A stretch of DNA of 64,000 nt from the human T2T-CHM13v2.0 reference genome, Homo sapiens: the NCBI RefSeq assembly GCF_009914755.1, contig NC_060942.1, one strand, 5' to 3'. Position numbers and translations under genes: made by a program. Each line of letters begins with the position of its first letter. Position 1 is the stretch's first letter. The notes under the pieces were generated by a model. That model worked only from the letters and a program-made list of their open reading frames with translations. It was not told where the DNA came from and did not search any database. Shown piece after piece: positions 1 to 14,119 of the stretch.

Positions 1-3000
1 GACATATTGCTTTCAACATCCTCCTTCTTGTAAACCTGAATGGCCCTTTAGCGCCACCTTTGCACAGAGAATTTTTTTTAAATGTAAGGTAATTGTAGTA
101 ATGATTAATACCAGTTAAAGAAGATTACTTTTTGCAAGTGTGGCCTATAAATATAGCACCCAGTAAGGAATTTGGGAGTTCACATTTGACTTCCAAAACC
201 ACCTTGGCCTTGATGGTGACTCATCTCCTCATCCAGAGATTGCAAGGTTGATGAATCTACAGTGCTCCAGCTTTCACATCCTCTGCTGTGCACCCTTGGT
301 TTCTCACTCTCTTGTTCCTGCTTTCTTACCTGCACATCTCCCATAATGAGGGCTGCTGTGGCAGACACCAGACACCGACAGGCCTGGTCTCAGAAGTAGA
401 AAGGTTGCGTGAGGGTGTCTAAAATATACTTAAGCATCCTAATAAGGCTGCTTCTAAAGTCGCCCACATGGTTAAATCCAAAGCATGTCAATATCCATTT
501 GGGAAGGGCCCTTTTTAAAGGGCCCCTGGGCAGATGAAGGTTGTCCTGGCAGCTTGAGGTTGGTAGGTGAGTACACACATATAGCCCAGGCCAAAGAATT
601 CATGACATCCCACCTCCCACAGATTGCAGGAGTCAAAAAGTTCCCTTGAGCAATTTTTCCCTCTAGACAGCCGGCCAATAACATCAACAAAAAGTGCCTC
701 ATGTGCATCTTCTAAGCTCAGTGGCAGATGGGAACAACCCCCACAAGGACTGTGCCAGAATGAAGCTGTGATTTCAGCCTCTAAGATGGAACATTGCAGA
801 AATACCCTTGGGGGGGAGCCTAGGCCCTGCCCACCAGCAGAAGCCAAATCTACCTCCTGTGCTTCCCACGTGGCCAAAGGGGGTGTGGCTGACAATGGGG
901 AGAAAGTATGAAATGTGACAAGGGCAGCAAGGACAGGGCTACATTTGGAGGAGTCCGGCCTGGTCTCTGTCAATCTATCTCATAGATAAAAAACATGAAC
1001 AGGATCAGTGCAAAAACAATCACTTTCCCAGCCCTAAATACTCATTCCATGTCCATTTGACCACTTGGTGCTAGGCACTAACTGGCCAGAAACATAAAAC
1101 ACTTACTTAAATCAATTGGTGCACAAGTCATTAGAAAAAAAATTCAAGAAAGAAAAAGAATCAGATTCAGCTTAGATAATATGCTCCTAGATGCAGCATG
1201 GAAGCCAGGTAGGAAAAGCTGGGCCATGCCTGATTCCTACTGAAGGACCACCCAAAGGATAGACTGGGGACTGGACTCGGGGAGGTGACAGAAGTTAGGG
1301 GTTCAGCTTGCTGTCCAAACGAGTTCCCCACTTAGAGCAACATGAAAATCTCTACAGATTCCATGGGGAAACTTTTGACCTTGGGAGTTGCAGTTGGTTC
1401 AAGATAGTGGATCACTGGGTGATGCATTGCACTTGGGAATTCATGCATTTAATCAACTAATATTCTATAGACTTAGGACTTCTAACTTCAGAGGCTGTGC
1501 TCTTCCTGAGTCACCATCTTGGCCCTGTTACTAGGAGATAAAGCTAAAATAAGAGGGGAATTCAGATGGCTTCTGCCTTTCTGTAGCTTATAGTGCGGTG
1601 GGAAAATGGATGTGAATAAAATGATCAGCAAATACATGCAGTGGGCTGAGAATTGATCATCACGGTTCAGGTTGCAGAAATGGAATGTTCTCTATTTTCT
1701 CATATGTGAACTCCATTTGTTCTCAAGACCCCATTTCTGCTAAGGAGTTCAAAGGGTCTTTTTCATAACCTCTTTGGTAATTTCACAGCCAATTTAGAAA
1801 TCAAGTTTGATGGATTCAAAGCTTATTGATTAATGAAAGGACTCTTGTCTCTTCTTGGGAGGTTTCCCCTCCATTCTTCCTCTCTAGGTTTGCATCTGAG
1901 AGCAGAAAAATAACACAGCAGCTTTCTGGCTGTCTATTGTTCCTTTCCTGAAAGCCTAGCCCTCCTGGTGGTTGGCCACTGGCCTTAATCACCCTTGCAT
2001 CCAGTCCCACCTTGGGGAGAAACTAAAGACATGGTGTGAATGCCCCCTTTCTCATACTCCGTTAGATTTTGTATCTGTCTGTGGTTCAGACAGAATGCAG
2101 GGATAGAGGAAGAGGTTGGCTAAAAGGAGAGAGTCTGATACAATGTTTTCCAGTAGCCATAAAAAAGTTGGTAGATTAGTCAAAATGATAGTGTTTAAAG
2201 AGACCCTATCTTCCTCCACAGTATCCCCAGTCTCCTATAGTCATACTGTCAAAGGGCATCAATGAGGTGCCGAGTCTGGGGTCACTCGAGGTCATTGGAG
2301 GCCATTAAACATTAAATGATGGATTTGAGCCTCTGCCACACTCAGTAGGCAGCAGCCATGCAAGGAGGGCAGTCTCTCTGGGTAAATCTTCTAGGTAAGA
2401 GTAATTTTATTTAGTGAATTTGCCTAATCACTAAAAAATGGAACAGTATTTACTAAAAGGATGTAGTGACAAAGTACAGCCTTTTCCCTTAAAGCCTTCT
2501 TCATTCATTTTAATTAGTGACCACAGCCACGACACTGTAAAAGTAGATTGCAGTGATGTGAATTTCCCTAAAGGTTCTAGTTCTGAAAAGAATGCTTTCA
2601 AGGCCTGTACATGTTAGACAAGCCAGGCAGCTCCCTGGAAAGGAGAAACTCTCCAGAGGAGACTTGCAAAGATGAGTTAATTCAAACTCATAATCATCGA
2701 CCGATTCATTCCTCCACTCACTCAACAAATGTTTAAATATCTAGGGGCATCTGCTATATGTTGGTATAGATGGATTGATGCAGGGATGTATGGAGAGAGA
2801 GAGGGAGGCAGGGAGATAAGAAGAGTGGCAGACAGAGAGAGAGAGAGAGAATAATACGTATTATAGGGAAGGGGTATTCTATGCCTTCAAAACACTTACA
2901 GACCTTTTGGTGACATAAGAGTATACATATACACACAGTAAAACAATATTTTCAGAATTAAGAGTAATGGCAGACAGCAGTATCAAAGATCACACACGCT

Positions 3001-3199
3001 GTCTATGTCATGATTTAGAACCAAACAGAGGCCAAGGGAATGGAAATGACTGACCAACGAGGCATAGCCAGGGCTGGTCCTGGGTAGGCCGTGAAGGGGA
3101 GATAATATGTGTATAGACACAAAGACAGAAAGTGTTCATGGAGCAGTGACTACACAAGTCTGGCTGGAGTGAGAGGGGTCTTTTCAAAAGAAGCACGAG

Positions 3200-3450
3200 G
3201 CAGTGTGATGAAGGATCAAAAGCACAGGTTTTAGGACAAAGCAGTTCTGAATTCAAACCCCTGTTCCATTTCTCAGTGCTGTGTAGCCTGGAGCAGTGAC
3301 TTAGCCTTGTTGTGCCTCAGATTTTTTAAATCTTTGGAACTGGAACAAAATCATCCGCCTAATGAAGTTTCTGTAATGATGGTAGAAAAGAATACATACT
3401 GGCCTGGCATAGGCAAATGCCAGTTCCCTTACCTCTTGTACACAATGCTT
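3200..3450 (+). mobile_element. MIR SINE fragment
   Basis: MIR core-like sequence (ttctgaattcaaacccctg...gtgacttagcc...tgtgcctcagatttt); highly diverged, boundaries approximate. Confidence 0.65.
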
Positions 3451-3984
3451 TATAACACATAACACACTTCCATAGATACTAGCCATTTGGCCTTCACCAT
3501 AACCTTGTGACATGGATAAAGCAGGTATAAATATCCTCATTTTATGGGTGCTTGGAGATTTTTACTATACACCGCTCCTTAGGAAAATAGAGAGAAAGAA
3601 ATAAATGGAAAAACACTCTACGATTAGCTCAAACAAAGACTTGAAGATTAATTAAGTGTTGGAATTTAATTCAATAGGTAATAGGATACCATTGAATAGT
3701 CTACACCAGAAAAATGAAAGGTTAGCAGTATTTTAGGAAGGGTAATCTGGCAGTGGTAGGCAAATTGGATGGAGAAGGAGTTACTCAAGTATGCCTCTAA
3801 GGCAAGTATTTTGGGTGTTGCTGCTAATAGAAGTATCAAGTTACTACGTCTCAGGATGGGCTGCTGATGCAATTTGACATCATTTCCTGATCACCAAGAA
3901 GACATGTGCAGTGGTCCATCTGCTATTCTTGTTTGCCTCTTCCTCCCTTGCAAAGTGATGATAAAGATAATGACAGTAATACAA

Positions 3985-4160
3985 ATGACATAATAGCTAG
4001 GGGTCTATGTATCAACAGTGCAGTGGAACTGTGTTTACATAGTAAAACTGAATCTTCAAAATGTTGAAGATGGGGACTGTCATGATCAGAGAAGTTGATA
4101 ACCGGCCTAGGGTAACAGAGCTAGTGTTGAGAATACAGGTTTGAAACGAGCTCTCATTCG
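3985..4160 (-). mobile_element. MIR SINE fragment
   Basis: Reverse MIR core (agaagttgataaccggcctagggtaacagagctagt...ggtttgaaac). Confidence 0.55.
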
Positions 4161-4559
4161 AAAGTCTAAGCCTTTTCCACTCTGCCATTTTCCCTTCAGG
4201 ATTTGGGAGACTGTCTTTTATCACAGCAAAGGAAATATTTTATTTATACAAACTCTGCAAGAGAGTCAAACCCCCAATGTTGGCTTCCTTAAGGACTTTA
4301 TTGATGGCACCAAGAAAAGACTTAACCAGCCCACAATACAGAGTACTCTCTTGAGGGGCATTCCAGCCTCTGCTTGGGTCAGATTGCCATCTTACAGAGT
4401 CTTAACCTGTGACAGGGGTACAGGCTGAACCCCCCCAGAGACTTATCTGCCACATCAGCCTCCTACTACTCTTTCTTTGCAAGCCCAAGTCTGCACAGAC
4501 AATAAGAGTATTTCTAAGACACAATCTCATACTGATGTGAATCTGCTGAAAGCCATCTG

Positions 4560-5030
4560 TTTTCTCTGGGTCAAGAGTGAGCTCTGAAGCCCAGTGATCA
4601 AGGCCTTCATCACCTGGCCTGGGCCTCTCTCAGCTCCACTCCTTGCTCTACAATTTGCCCCCAAGTGACACATAAAATTCTTCTTTGCCCCACAGACCAT
4701 GACATTTCCAGTTGGTGCTGAGCCTCTTCCTTTCCTGTACCTTTACATTTTCATTTCCCCAATTCCTCCTAATAGGGGCAGCATTTGAAAACGATGGCTT
4801 CCCCCTTGTTCCAGAATAGGTGCTTCTTCCCCCAAGTGCCTCCATAATTCCATATGCATTTAGCCATTATTTCCCAACAACACTGTATTAAAGTCTCCAG
4901 GACATATTCCTGTCTATTAGATTGTGAATACCTTGAGATAAAGTTCTATTGATTGATTCATCACCTTTGCATAATTTCTGGCCAGTAGTAAAGATTTAAA
5001 TATGATGTTTGAATGAATAAATGAGTGAAA
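4560..5030 (+). mobile_element. L2 LINE 3' fragment
   Basis: aggccttcatcacctggcct-type L2 body and tgaatgaataaatgagtgaa terminus. Confidence 0.5.
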
Positions 5031-5529
5031 TGTTCTCAAAAAGCATTCTAGAAAGGTTCCTCCAGTACCTCAATATCCACAAAATGATTCACAATTTGGA
5101 GGCATATATGGGGTAATGTGGCAACTGTTAGCTTACCCAAGAACAAAGAAGCAGGAATGATGAACCATCACTGAGAAGCTCTAATCAGGAGGTTGAAATC
5201 CAAGGAGGGTGGGTGGAGGGAGGGACACACACCTGTTCTGTGTGGGCATTGGAAACTAGTCAACTCTGACATGTAGGCCATGCTCCTTGGCTCTTATTTA
5301 AAACCAGTTTGCAGAGAACTAATGGAGGAGCACGTGGAAAGTGTAATGCAGGGAAAGAATAAGCTCTACATGGAGGCTGAAACATGGGCACGCCCTGGAG
5401 AGGCCAGCTTCTGAAATAATGTACGCAGGAAGGGAGGAGATTGCTGTACACCTCATGACTCGATGTGTGCTTTCAAGCTACTACATTGCATTTAATGCAA
5501 TTCCTGCTTGCATAACATGATAACAAACG

Positions 5530-5890
5530 TGTATTAGTCTGTTCTCAGGCTGCTAATAAAGACATACCTGAGAATGGGTAATTTGTAAAGGAGAGATGTT
5601 TAATTGACTCGCAGTTCCACTGTGATTGTGGGGAGGCCTCACAATCATGGCAGAAGGTGAATGAGCAGCAAAGTTACGTCTTACAAGGTGGTAGGCAAGA
5701 GAGAGCCTGTGCAGGGGAACTCCCATTTATAAAGCCATCAGATCTCATGAGACTTGTTCACTACCATGAGAACAGTATGGGGGAACCTGCCCCCATGATT
5801 CAATTATCTCCACCTGACCCCGCCCTTGATACAGGGGAATCATTACAATTCAAGGTGAGATTTGGGTGGGGATACAGCCAAACCATATCA
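5530..5890 (-). mobile_element. THE1-family (ERVL-MaLR) solo LTR
   Basis: Begins tgtattagtctgttctc and ends acagccaaaccatatca, the reverse complement of the THE1 start TGATATGGTTTGGCTG; ~360 bp. Confidence 0.9.
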
Positions 5891-6139
5891 AACCAGCACA
5901 CTTACAGTTTAGCTACCCAACATGTTCACCTCTCTGAGATGCAGTGCTAAATCAGAAGTAATCGAATTTAGCAATGATAAATCGGATATGAACAAAGTAG
6001 CTGAGTTTATCACAAAATTTATGTAATAAAGCTTATGCTGTTTCCTTATAGGAAGTCCCATCAGACACCTACTCAGAGCCAATTTATCTTTATTTCACAC
6101 GTGATTCTAGAAGGGGGTGGACACATATAATAGCGATTA

Positions 6140-6330
6140 AGCGTGAGGGCTTTGGAGCAGACTGCGTTCATTCCAATCTGGCTATGATGTTTGCAAGGTG
6201 AGTCACTGTAAGCGAGCTCTTTAGACCCTCTGCACCCCAGTTTCCTCAGCTGTACAGTGGAAACATCAATAGGCCATACTTACAGGGCTGTCATTAGGAT
6301 AAAAGTACTCAGCAAGTATTAGTTATTATG
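6140..6330 (+). mobile_element. MIR SINE
   Basis: gggctttggagcagactg...ccccagtttcctcagctgtacagtgg...acttacagggctgtcattaggat. Confidence 0.7.
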
Positions 6331-6499
6331 AAATGTGGTTATCTAGCATCTAATCTCACAGTGAATTTGAAACAACAGTGAGGAAAATGGTGTTACTAAG
6401 TCAAGTGTGCTGAAAACTAAGGCAACTGAAGTTTGGCAGCAACACAGGCACTAGAAGCCGAAACATACACGTTAAAAAAGGGCAATAGTTTGGGGCTAT

Positions 6500-7270
6500 T
6501 GGCCCAGTCATTGGAAAACATTAAAAACTCCCTGTCCTTTTGAAGCTTTCATCTGACTAGGGAGCTGAACATGAAACAGAAGAATGCATGGGGGTTGCAG
6601 CTCAGTGGTAGAGATTTGACTGCAGATGAACACATAATACCAGATACAACAGGAGGTATGAGGGAAAATAAAGAAGGGCCTGGGGAGAAGAAGTGTAAGG
6701 GGATGAGAAAAAGCCTCTCTGAGGAGGAGACGTTCAAGCTGAGACTTAGATGTATGAGGGTGCGACGCATGTAGAAATCTGGGAAAGGGCATTCTTGGCC
6801 GAGGGAAGTGCAGGTGCAAGGTCGCGAGCCTCTGTTGTACTTGATGGGTTTTTAGATCATTAGAATCCTACTTCTATGAGGGAGACTTGTTTGTCTATTT
6901 CATTCACTGCTATACCCCAGGTGCCCAGGAGAATGTCAGATAGATGGTATTTGCTCAGTTAATATTCTTGAATAAATGAATGCAAGGAGACAGGAGTAGC
7001 TGGAGCATTGGAAGCAAGGAGAAGTGTGGTGCAAGAGGAAGTTCACAAGACAGCAGGGTGCAGACCACGTGGGGCCCATGGGCCATGGTGGGGACTTCAG
7101 AGATGCTCTAAGAATAATGGGAGGTGGCTGGAGGCATGCTGGCTGCTGGGTGGGAATACACAGTAGTGGACAAGACTGGAAACAAAGAAAGCAGGTGGCA
7201 GAATAATCCAGGCTGGAGGTGATTGGGCTTGAACTAGAAAAGGGACAGCGAAGGTGATGACAAGTGCCCC
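6500..7270 (-). mobile_element. L2 LINE fragment, interrupted by a tRNA piece and an opposite-strand L2 3' end (~6860-6985)
   Basis: Purine-rich antisense L2 motifs (ctgggaagggcattcttggccgagggaag; aatccaggctggaggtgat); embedded L2 tail ending gaataaatgaatg. Confidence 0.6.
6590..6627 (+). pseudogene. 5'-half tRNA-Cys(GCA) retrocopy without poly(A) tail
   Basis: GGGGGTTGCAGCTCAGTGGTAGAGATTTGACTGCAGAT matches the human tRNA-Cys 5' half GGGGGTATAGCTCAGTGGTAGAGCATTTGACTGCAGAT (D arm plus anticodon GCA at 6622-6624); no T arm; flanked by gaatgcat/gaacacat. Confidence 0.8.
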
Positions 7271-7387
7271 AGTTCTATGTATACACTATGTTCATCACTG
7301 CATAACTTGATAGAGGATGAAACTGGAGGAGGACTAGTTCACCAACAGTAAGGGAATAGACAGGGAAGAGGTGGCAGAAGTGTATTA

Positions 7388-7834
<447 letters not shown>

Positions 7835-8220
7835 AGTGGCATAGAATATACATTTTGGAAAAATACCTATGACACCATTCTGTTCATGTAATTTAGAAAT
7901 GACCATTAAACCTCATGTATCTTAGTATCTTACAGGGATACATATCTACATATCTGCATATCCAAAGATAAATTTCATGCTCTTTTGAGTTGATGTTTAG
8001 TGGAGGCTGGGAGTGGAGGGGTAGTGAGGAGAGGAATGTAAGGAGAAATTGAGATAAAAGGAATAATAATAAAAAATATGGTGGTAATGTGCCACATCAA
8101 GGAATGCATTTAAATCTTGGCTTCTGAGGCTCAAACACAAAGAAAACAATCCCTTTGACCCCAACCATTAATGACCAATTTCTCTGTGAGGACATGTAAT
8201 TTATAAAATCATTTTACTTT

Positions 8221-8762
8221 TGTGGTATGTGTGGTCCCTAGCTTCCTAAATTGTCCTCAACAATCACTGCCTCCTACTATTCATGCACCTGTTTAGTTCT
8301 TTCTCATGCTGAATAGGGCTGACCTGCAAATCAATGGGATATTACAGAAATGACAATGTGTGACTGCCAAGGCTGGGTCATAAGAGACATTTTGGCTTAT
8401 TCCTTATTCTCTTGGATCAGTTGCTCTGAAGGAAGCCAGCAGCCATGTTGTAAGGAAACTCAAGCAGCTCTGTAAAGACGTCTACATGGTGAGGAACTAA
8501 GGCCTCCTGCAAACAGCTACCATGCAATTGCCAGCCACATGAGTGCACCATCTTGGAACCAAATGCTCTAGCCCCAGTCAAGTTTACAGATGAGTCCTGC
8601 CCACATCTTTACTGTAACCTCATGAGAGACTCTAAGCTGGAGCACCCAAATAAACTACTCCCGAAATTCCTGAGTCACAGAATCCCTGTGGGGTAACAAG
8701 TGATTATTACTGTTTTAAGTTGTCAGTGTCGAGGTAATTTGTTATGCAATAATAGATTAAAT
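8221..8762 (+). mobile_element. MLT1 (MLT1F-like) MaLR solo LTR
   Basis: ggaagccagcagccatgttgtaagg...gaggaactaaggcctcctgc...ttttaag...ggtaatttgttatgcaataatagat. Confidence 0.8.
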
Positions 8763-9985
8763 GGACCCTATTTAAGTCAGTGCTCTGTACTCTTTCCTTC
8801 AGAACTACTTCACTAAGAGTTGTTGAGAAGTAAAAGGACTGTCTGGCTTGGGACTGATTCATTGCTTCTCATTACCTCCTCTTTCCCTTCTATTGGAAAA
8901 AGTGTTAAAAGCCATAATTTAAGTCAAAATAAGTAACCACCTAGTTCAGGTAAAATCAAGTCGTATAAAACTGGAGCATATAAAATCAAATGTTGGCACT
9001 GCAGATAACCGTAGAAGCATCCTTAAACAGACAAATGAGTCCTAGGATTCCACAGTGGTTTTCATTAATGCTTCCTTTTCTATATCATGTAGACTTCTGA
9101 AAAATCATTGCCTTACTTTGAAACCTTTTCTCTTTCCTCTCTTTACAACCTTTTAAGAGAGATCTATAATAGTACCCATCAAAAACTGATAGCTTAAATG
9201 AGTGAAATAATTTTGCATTTCCTCATTGTTAGTAGGACTTAAAACTTTCCCACAGTGACAGAGAGACAGCATGTCCTGAGGGATTGGCATATGAAAGATC
9301 CTGTTGGTCTATTGAGCAGCTCGGTGGGAGAAGTGAACACCTTAGTCCATCACAGTAAAGAGAGCCACGAATATAAAATGGGAATGGCGTTTTCCTCCCT
9401 TGTTGGAAATGATGTCTACTAGTTTGCCATACTACTTTAAATGTACAGTAAGGAAAAAACTGTCATGATTAAATTCTAGTAAATCAGAAAACCAAGAATG
9501 CAAATAGAACCGGTAACTGGAGGTACAAACACTTACCTTTGATTGAATTCAGAATTTGCTGGTGATCTCTGCCTGGCCAATGGTTTGCACTTGTCAGACA
9601 GGGAACACTGCAGTAGGGTTTGGGGCTCACGATGGAAACAGAACCCACTGAGACAAGGAGGGGCCTGGCTGCAGTTCAGGCTGCAGGATGTGTGACCCCT
9701 TCCAGGTAGCCATGAGGCCTGAACTGAGATGTTCACGAGAGTGTTGGAAACAGGAACCAAGGTTGGGCAAAGTTAGAAGGAGTCTTAACAACTGGCTGAT
9801 AAATATTAATAGAATAGGCCAGAGGTTGATTCCCAGAATCTGTAGAATTCCAGAAAGGACAAAGAGGAAAATTATAAAATCAGAAGCCTGGAGGACCCTT
9901 GGGATTCAGAGAGAGAAATATCTTCTTTATCCAAGATAACAGTCATCACCTCATTAGCAATAACAGAACTTAATATTTTTTGTAA

Positions 9986-10298
<313 letters not shown>

Positions 10299-10489
10299 AA
10301 TTATAGGTCTTTAATCATCTGAGGGGAAATTTGAGATGATGATGAAAATTAGACAAAGACAATCACCAGGTCTTTCTTAGGAGAGAGACAACATGTATAG
10401 TGAAGATCATGGGTTTTGGATTTAGGTAGTGGTCCTGTTTCATCCCAACTTTGTGACCTGAAGTGAGCTAATGAGCCTCATTTTCTAGA

Positions 10490-10720
10490 AGTTAGTATTT
10501 ATGAAGAGCCTTCACTATAAGCCAGGCACTGTGCCTAGGGATTTACATGCATGTTTCCAGTATGTTCCCACAACAGCCCTCTGAGTGTTGCTATCTTCCA
10601 ATTTATGAATGAGGAAACAGGCTGAAAGAGAGGTTCAATCATGTGTCTAAGTTGTTGAAACTAAAACTGCTGGTGTCGGAAGGCAGGCGTCTGACTGCAC
10701 AGTCGGAGCTTTCCACCTCT
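10490..10720 (-). mobile_element. MIR SINE (a short plus-strand MIR piece lies at ~10400-10485)
   Basis: ccaggcactgtgcctagg...aatttatgaatgaggaaacaggctgaaagagaggtt. Confidence 0.75.
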
Positions 10721-12010
10721 GTATTACAGGACCTCCAGCCTCGGAGGGGAAAGCTTCAGAATACGTTTTCCAGGTCCTGGTGACAGAGGAGATGATCTTG
10801 GGAAATTGTATTCAGACTAGTAAGTAAGTTCTAGGAAGGATCAACAAAGCGATGACATCTGAATTTGTGCCAACCAAATTTGTCTTAGGAAGGGCTGCAG
10901 TAACTTGGTCTCCCATCCGTCCAAATAGAATGGAAAAAACTGAACAGGATAAAGTGCATCTGCCCCTTCACAGTGAGCCAAGCCAGCCTGGAGCTGGAGT
11001 TAAGACCAGAAACCTTTAATCTGTTCTGGGCTTTTGCTTTCCTGGAGGGCAGAAATTCATTTTGAACAGTACCTAACACTTACTAAACAGTAAATGTTTC
11101 TTGAATTGAAAAATGTTTCCAAAAATTATTTGTTTTGTTCAAACTATGAAGATGCATTTTTTTTCTGCTATGGATATACCGTCTAGGGTTTGGGTACGGG
11201 AGTAACGATTTGGGTAGAATTCTGGAGCTGGGACACCAGGTGGGGTGGATTCAGCCTGAGGATGATAATCAGAACCAGCAACATTTTTGTTTTTTTTTTT
11301 CCACCTAAGCAATCTCTTGATGCAGCTATTAAAAATAAATAGGTAGTTTCATCTTCAGCTTTCTTTACCTTTCACTTTCAGAGAAAATTGGTTACCATTT
11401 TCTTTGTGCTCTCCATTCGGTTCTCTATTTCACATGTCTTTTCTGGTTATTTAGTTCCCTGGCATCAATCTCCTATCTTCAACTTCACCTGCTCTTATTG
11501 TCTTCCCTTTCTGAATCTGCACGCCTCTGTCATTTTCCATGGATCAAGGAGGTTAAATTGACAAATAACTGTTTTTGAAAGAAGAAAGGGAAAAAGGAAC
11601 AACAAACTTCGCTTGGATGTTTGGAAGTCTGCCTTCACAGATCGCCAGGCTTTGCTGACTTATTTATAAAAGACTATTTTTATTTTGGTATCATCAAAGA
11701 GCTTATTCATGTCAAGGTTTTTAAGGTGATAAACTGCAAAGATGGAGGATTATCTACTGTGAAAGAGAGGGTTTTTTTTTTTTTTTTTTTTCTGGCATGA
11801 GGAAAAGAACATCACTGCTAGGAAATGGTCTGGGCCTAACACCAGATTACTCCTTTTATGAATTTGCAAATCGGTAGAACTGGTCAGTCATTGGAAAGGG
11901 GAGATAACTCAGAGAGTATCAAGCATACCTGAGAAAAACTGGCATGAAAAAGAAACCCAAATTAAAATAAAACAGCCTATAATTCATGTTTTCTTTCTAA
12001 ATGAGACCAT

Positions 12011-12395
12011 CTATTTGGGTTTGTGTCCTTTCCAAATTCCTAAGTTGAATTCCTAACCCCCAGTGTCTCGGAATGTGACTGTACTGTATTTGGAGATAGG
12101 GCATTTAAAGAGGCAATTAGGTTCAGATGAGGTCCTATGGGTGGGCCCTAATCCAACATGACTGGCTTCCTTAGAAGAAGAGGAGATTAGGACACAGACA
12201 CACAGGGAGGACCATGTGAGGACAGAGGAAAAAGACAGCCACCTGCAAGTCAAGAAGAGAAGTCTCAGAACAACTCAACCCTGTGAACGCCTTGATCTTG
12301 GACTTCCAGCCTTCAGAACATAAGGAAATAAATTTCTGTTGTTTAAGCCACTCAGTATGTGGTACTTTTTAATGGCAGCTCTAAGAAATGATTCC
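12011..12395 (+). mobile_element. MLT1A/B-like MaLR solo LTR
   Basis: tatttggagataggg...gggtgggccctaatccaacatgactgg...ccttgatcttggacttccagcct...aataaatttctgttgtttaagccac. Confidence 0.9.
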
Positions 12396-12537
12396 AGTCT
12401 CTCGTGCACATTTCATCACTTCTGTACCCATAGGACGTGTGTGTGTCTGTGTGTGTAGTGACGAGATGAGATTGAAGAAAATGTCTTTATCTTTCTAGCT
12501 CAGTACTCCTCAAAATGAAAGTAAAAAATAGTGCAAG

Positions 12538-12833
12538 GGCTGGATGCGCTGGCTCACGCCTATAATCCCAGCACTTTGGGAAGCTGAGGCGAGTGGATCA
12601 TGGAGTCAGGAGTTCAAGACCAGCCTGGCCAAGATGGTGAAACCCCATCTCTACTAAAAATACAAAAATTAGCTGGGCATGGTGGTGCGTGCCTGCAATC
12701 CTAGCTACTCAGGAGGCTAAGGCAGGAGAATTGCTTGAACAGGGACCTGGGAGGTGGAGGTTGCAGTGAGCTGAGAGATTGCACCACTGCACTCCAGCCT
12801 GGGCTATAGACAGAGACTCTGTTAAAAAAAAAA
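12538..12833 (+). mobile_element. AluS (Sg-like)
   Basis: Dimeric Alu; TSD agtgcaag (12530-12537 / 12834-12841); 6-nt insertion AGGGAC in the right arm. Confidence 0.95.
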
Positions 12834-13369
12834 AGTGCAAGGTGACTGTGGCTACTGCTCCCACAGATTATTTCTAACACTGACTCTCAGCTGCCTCAGC
12901 CAACTTTCTGCTTAGAGTATGAGCTGGGGCTGAGGCCCCATAAGACTGACAGATACCGCTTCTAGGAACCATGCTCATCCCTGGGTAAGAATTACTGCTG
13001 TAATCAGCATTGTTACTGTGGAAAGTATATTTATTCCTTTTAGAATGTTGTGAAGGTAAGAAGAAGTTGAGAATCACTACTTTGTTGAGAGTTCCTTGCT
13101 GTACTTCTATCTTGGGCCTTTGAGGTGGATGGAAGGACATACCTAAAAATGGAGAAACTCACCAAGCCTTCCGCAAAAAAAACGATGAGATTGGAACCTA
13201 GCCATGGTATCCTTGGAGAAAAGTGTGAATGTGGCTCTTTTACTAACATAACAGCCAAGTTTGGTTTCCTTAAATACACAATTGGGTGGCCTTTTATATT
13301 AACTTTGTTTTCTTCTCAAAAATCTTTATGGTTTCTTACATCTAGGGTAAGAATCTCAGAGAATCTCAG

Positions 13370-13580
13370 CATAGCCATTGAAAGCCAGGTTCTGGGGCCA
13401 GATAAGCTGGGTCTGAATCCCACATGCTCTTAACTAACTTCTCTGTGCTTCCAATTTCCCTCTCTCTAAAATGGGAATGATGATAATATTTCCATCATCA
13501 GGTTGATGTGAGGATTTAAAGAGTTAACACATATAAAATCCTTAGGATAGTGCCTGGTATGGGAGTTCATTAACATTACT
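13370..13580 (+). mobile_element. MIR SINE
   Basis: ctgggtctgaatccca...ctctgtgcttccaatttccctctctctaaaatgggaatgatgata...gtgaggatttaa. Confidence 0.75.
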
Positions 13581-13980
13581 TATCAGAATATCTCCAACTG
13601 TGCCTAATAGTTTGCTTTAGGAAGAAAACAGGAATCCCTAGGCAAAGTATGAAACATCTTACAAGATGGAAGCAAGCTTGAAGCAACAAGTAAACATCAC
13701 TCTTTGATCGTTCCATATTTGGTGTTTTGGGAGTATATAATAAAACACTTATAAAATGGTTACATTTGGAGTAGAATGTAGGGCTTAGAAGTATCATTGA
13801 GTGGTACGATTGGTTCTAATAGTTATGTGGAGATAAAATCAGGTTAAAGTGAATGTCAAGGTAAATCTTCAAAGGGAAAAAAGAAAGGCCAAGAATTCTT
13901 TAAAATATTTGCTCAATATCTTTTATGTAAAACAAAGATAACAGCATCTTCTTATGGGATTTTTAAGAGTTAATATGCTC

Positions 13981-14119
13981 CCTTGGGAGATATACCTAAT
14001 GCTAGATGATGAGTTAGTGGGTGCAGCACACCAGCATGGCACATGTATACATATGTAACTAACCTGCACAATGTGCACATGTACCCTAAAACTTAAAGTA
14101 TAATAATAAAAGAAAAAAA
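13981..14119 (+). mobile_element. Young L1 (L1PA2-like) extreme 3' end, ~140 bp
   Basis: ttgggagatatacctaatgctagatgatgagttagtgggtgcagc...aaaacttaaagtataat plus A tail; perfect 16-bp TSD aagagttaatatgctc (13965-13980 / 14120-14135). Confidence 0.96.

Noticed and set aside
49-67. CTCF-like AGGTGGCGCTA on the minus strand
   Set aside because: Only the right half of the motif matches; the left half (CTGTGCAA) departs from consensus.
506-525. Inverted repeat gggcccttt-tt-aaagggccc
   Set aside because: The 9-bp arms are short enough to arise by chance in 64 kb.
515-973. 152-aa minus ORF and overlapping 95-aa plus ORF
   Set aside because: No recognisable domain, non-ATG starts, and overlapping frames on both strands as expected by chance.
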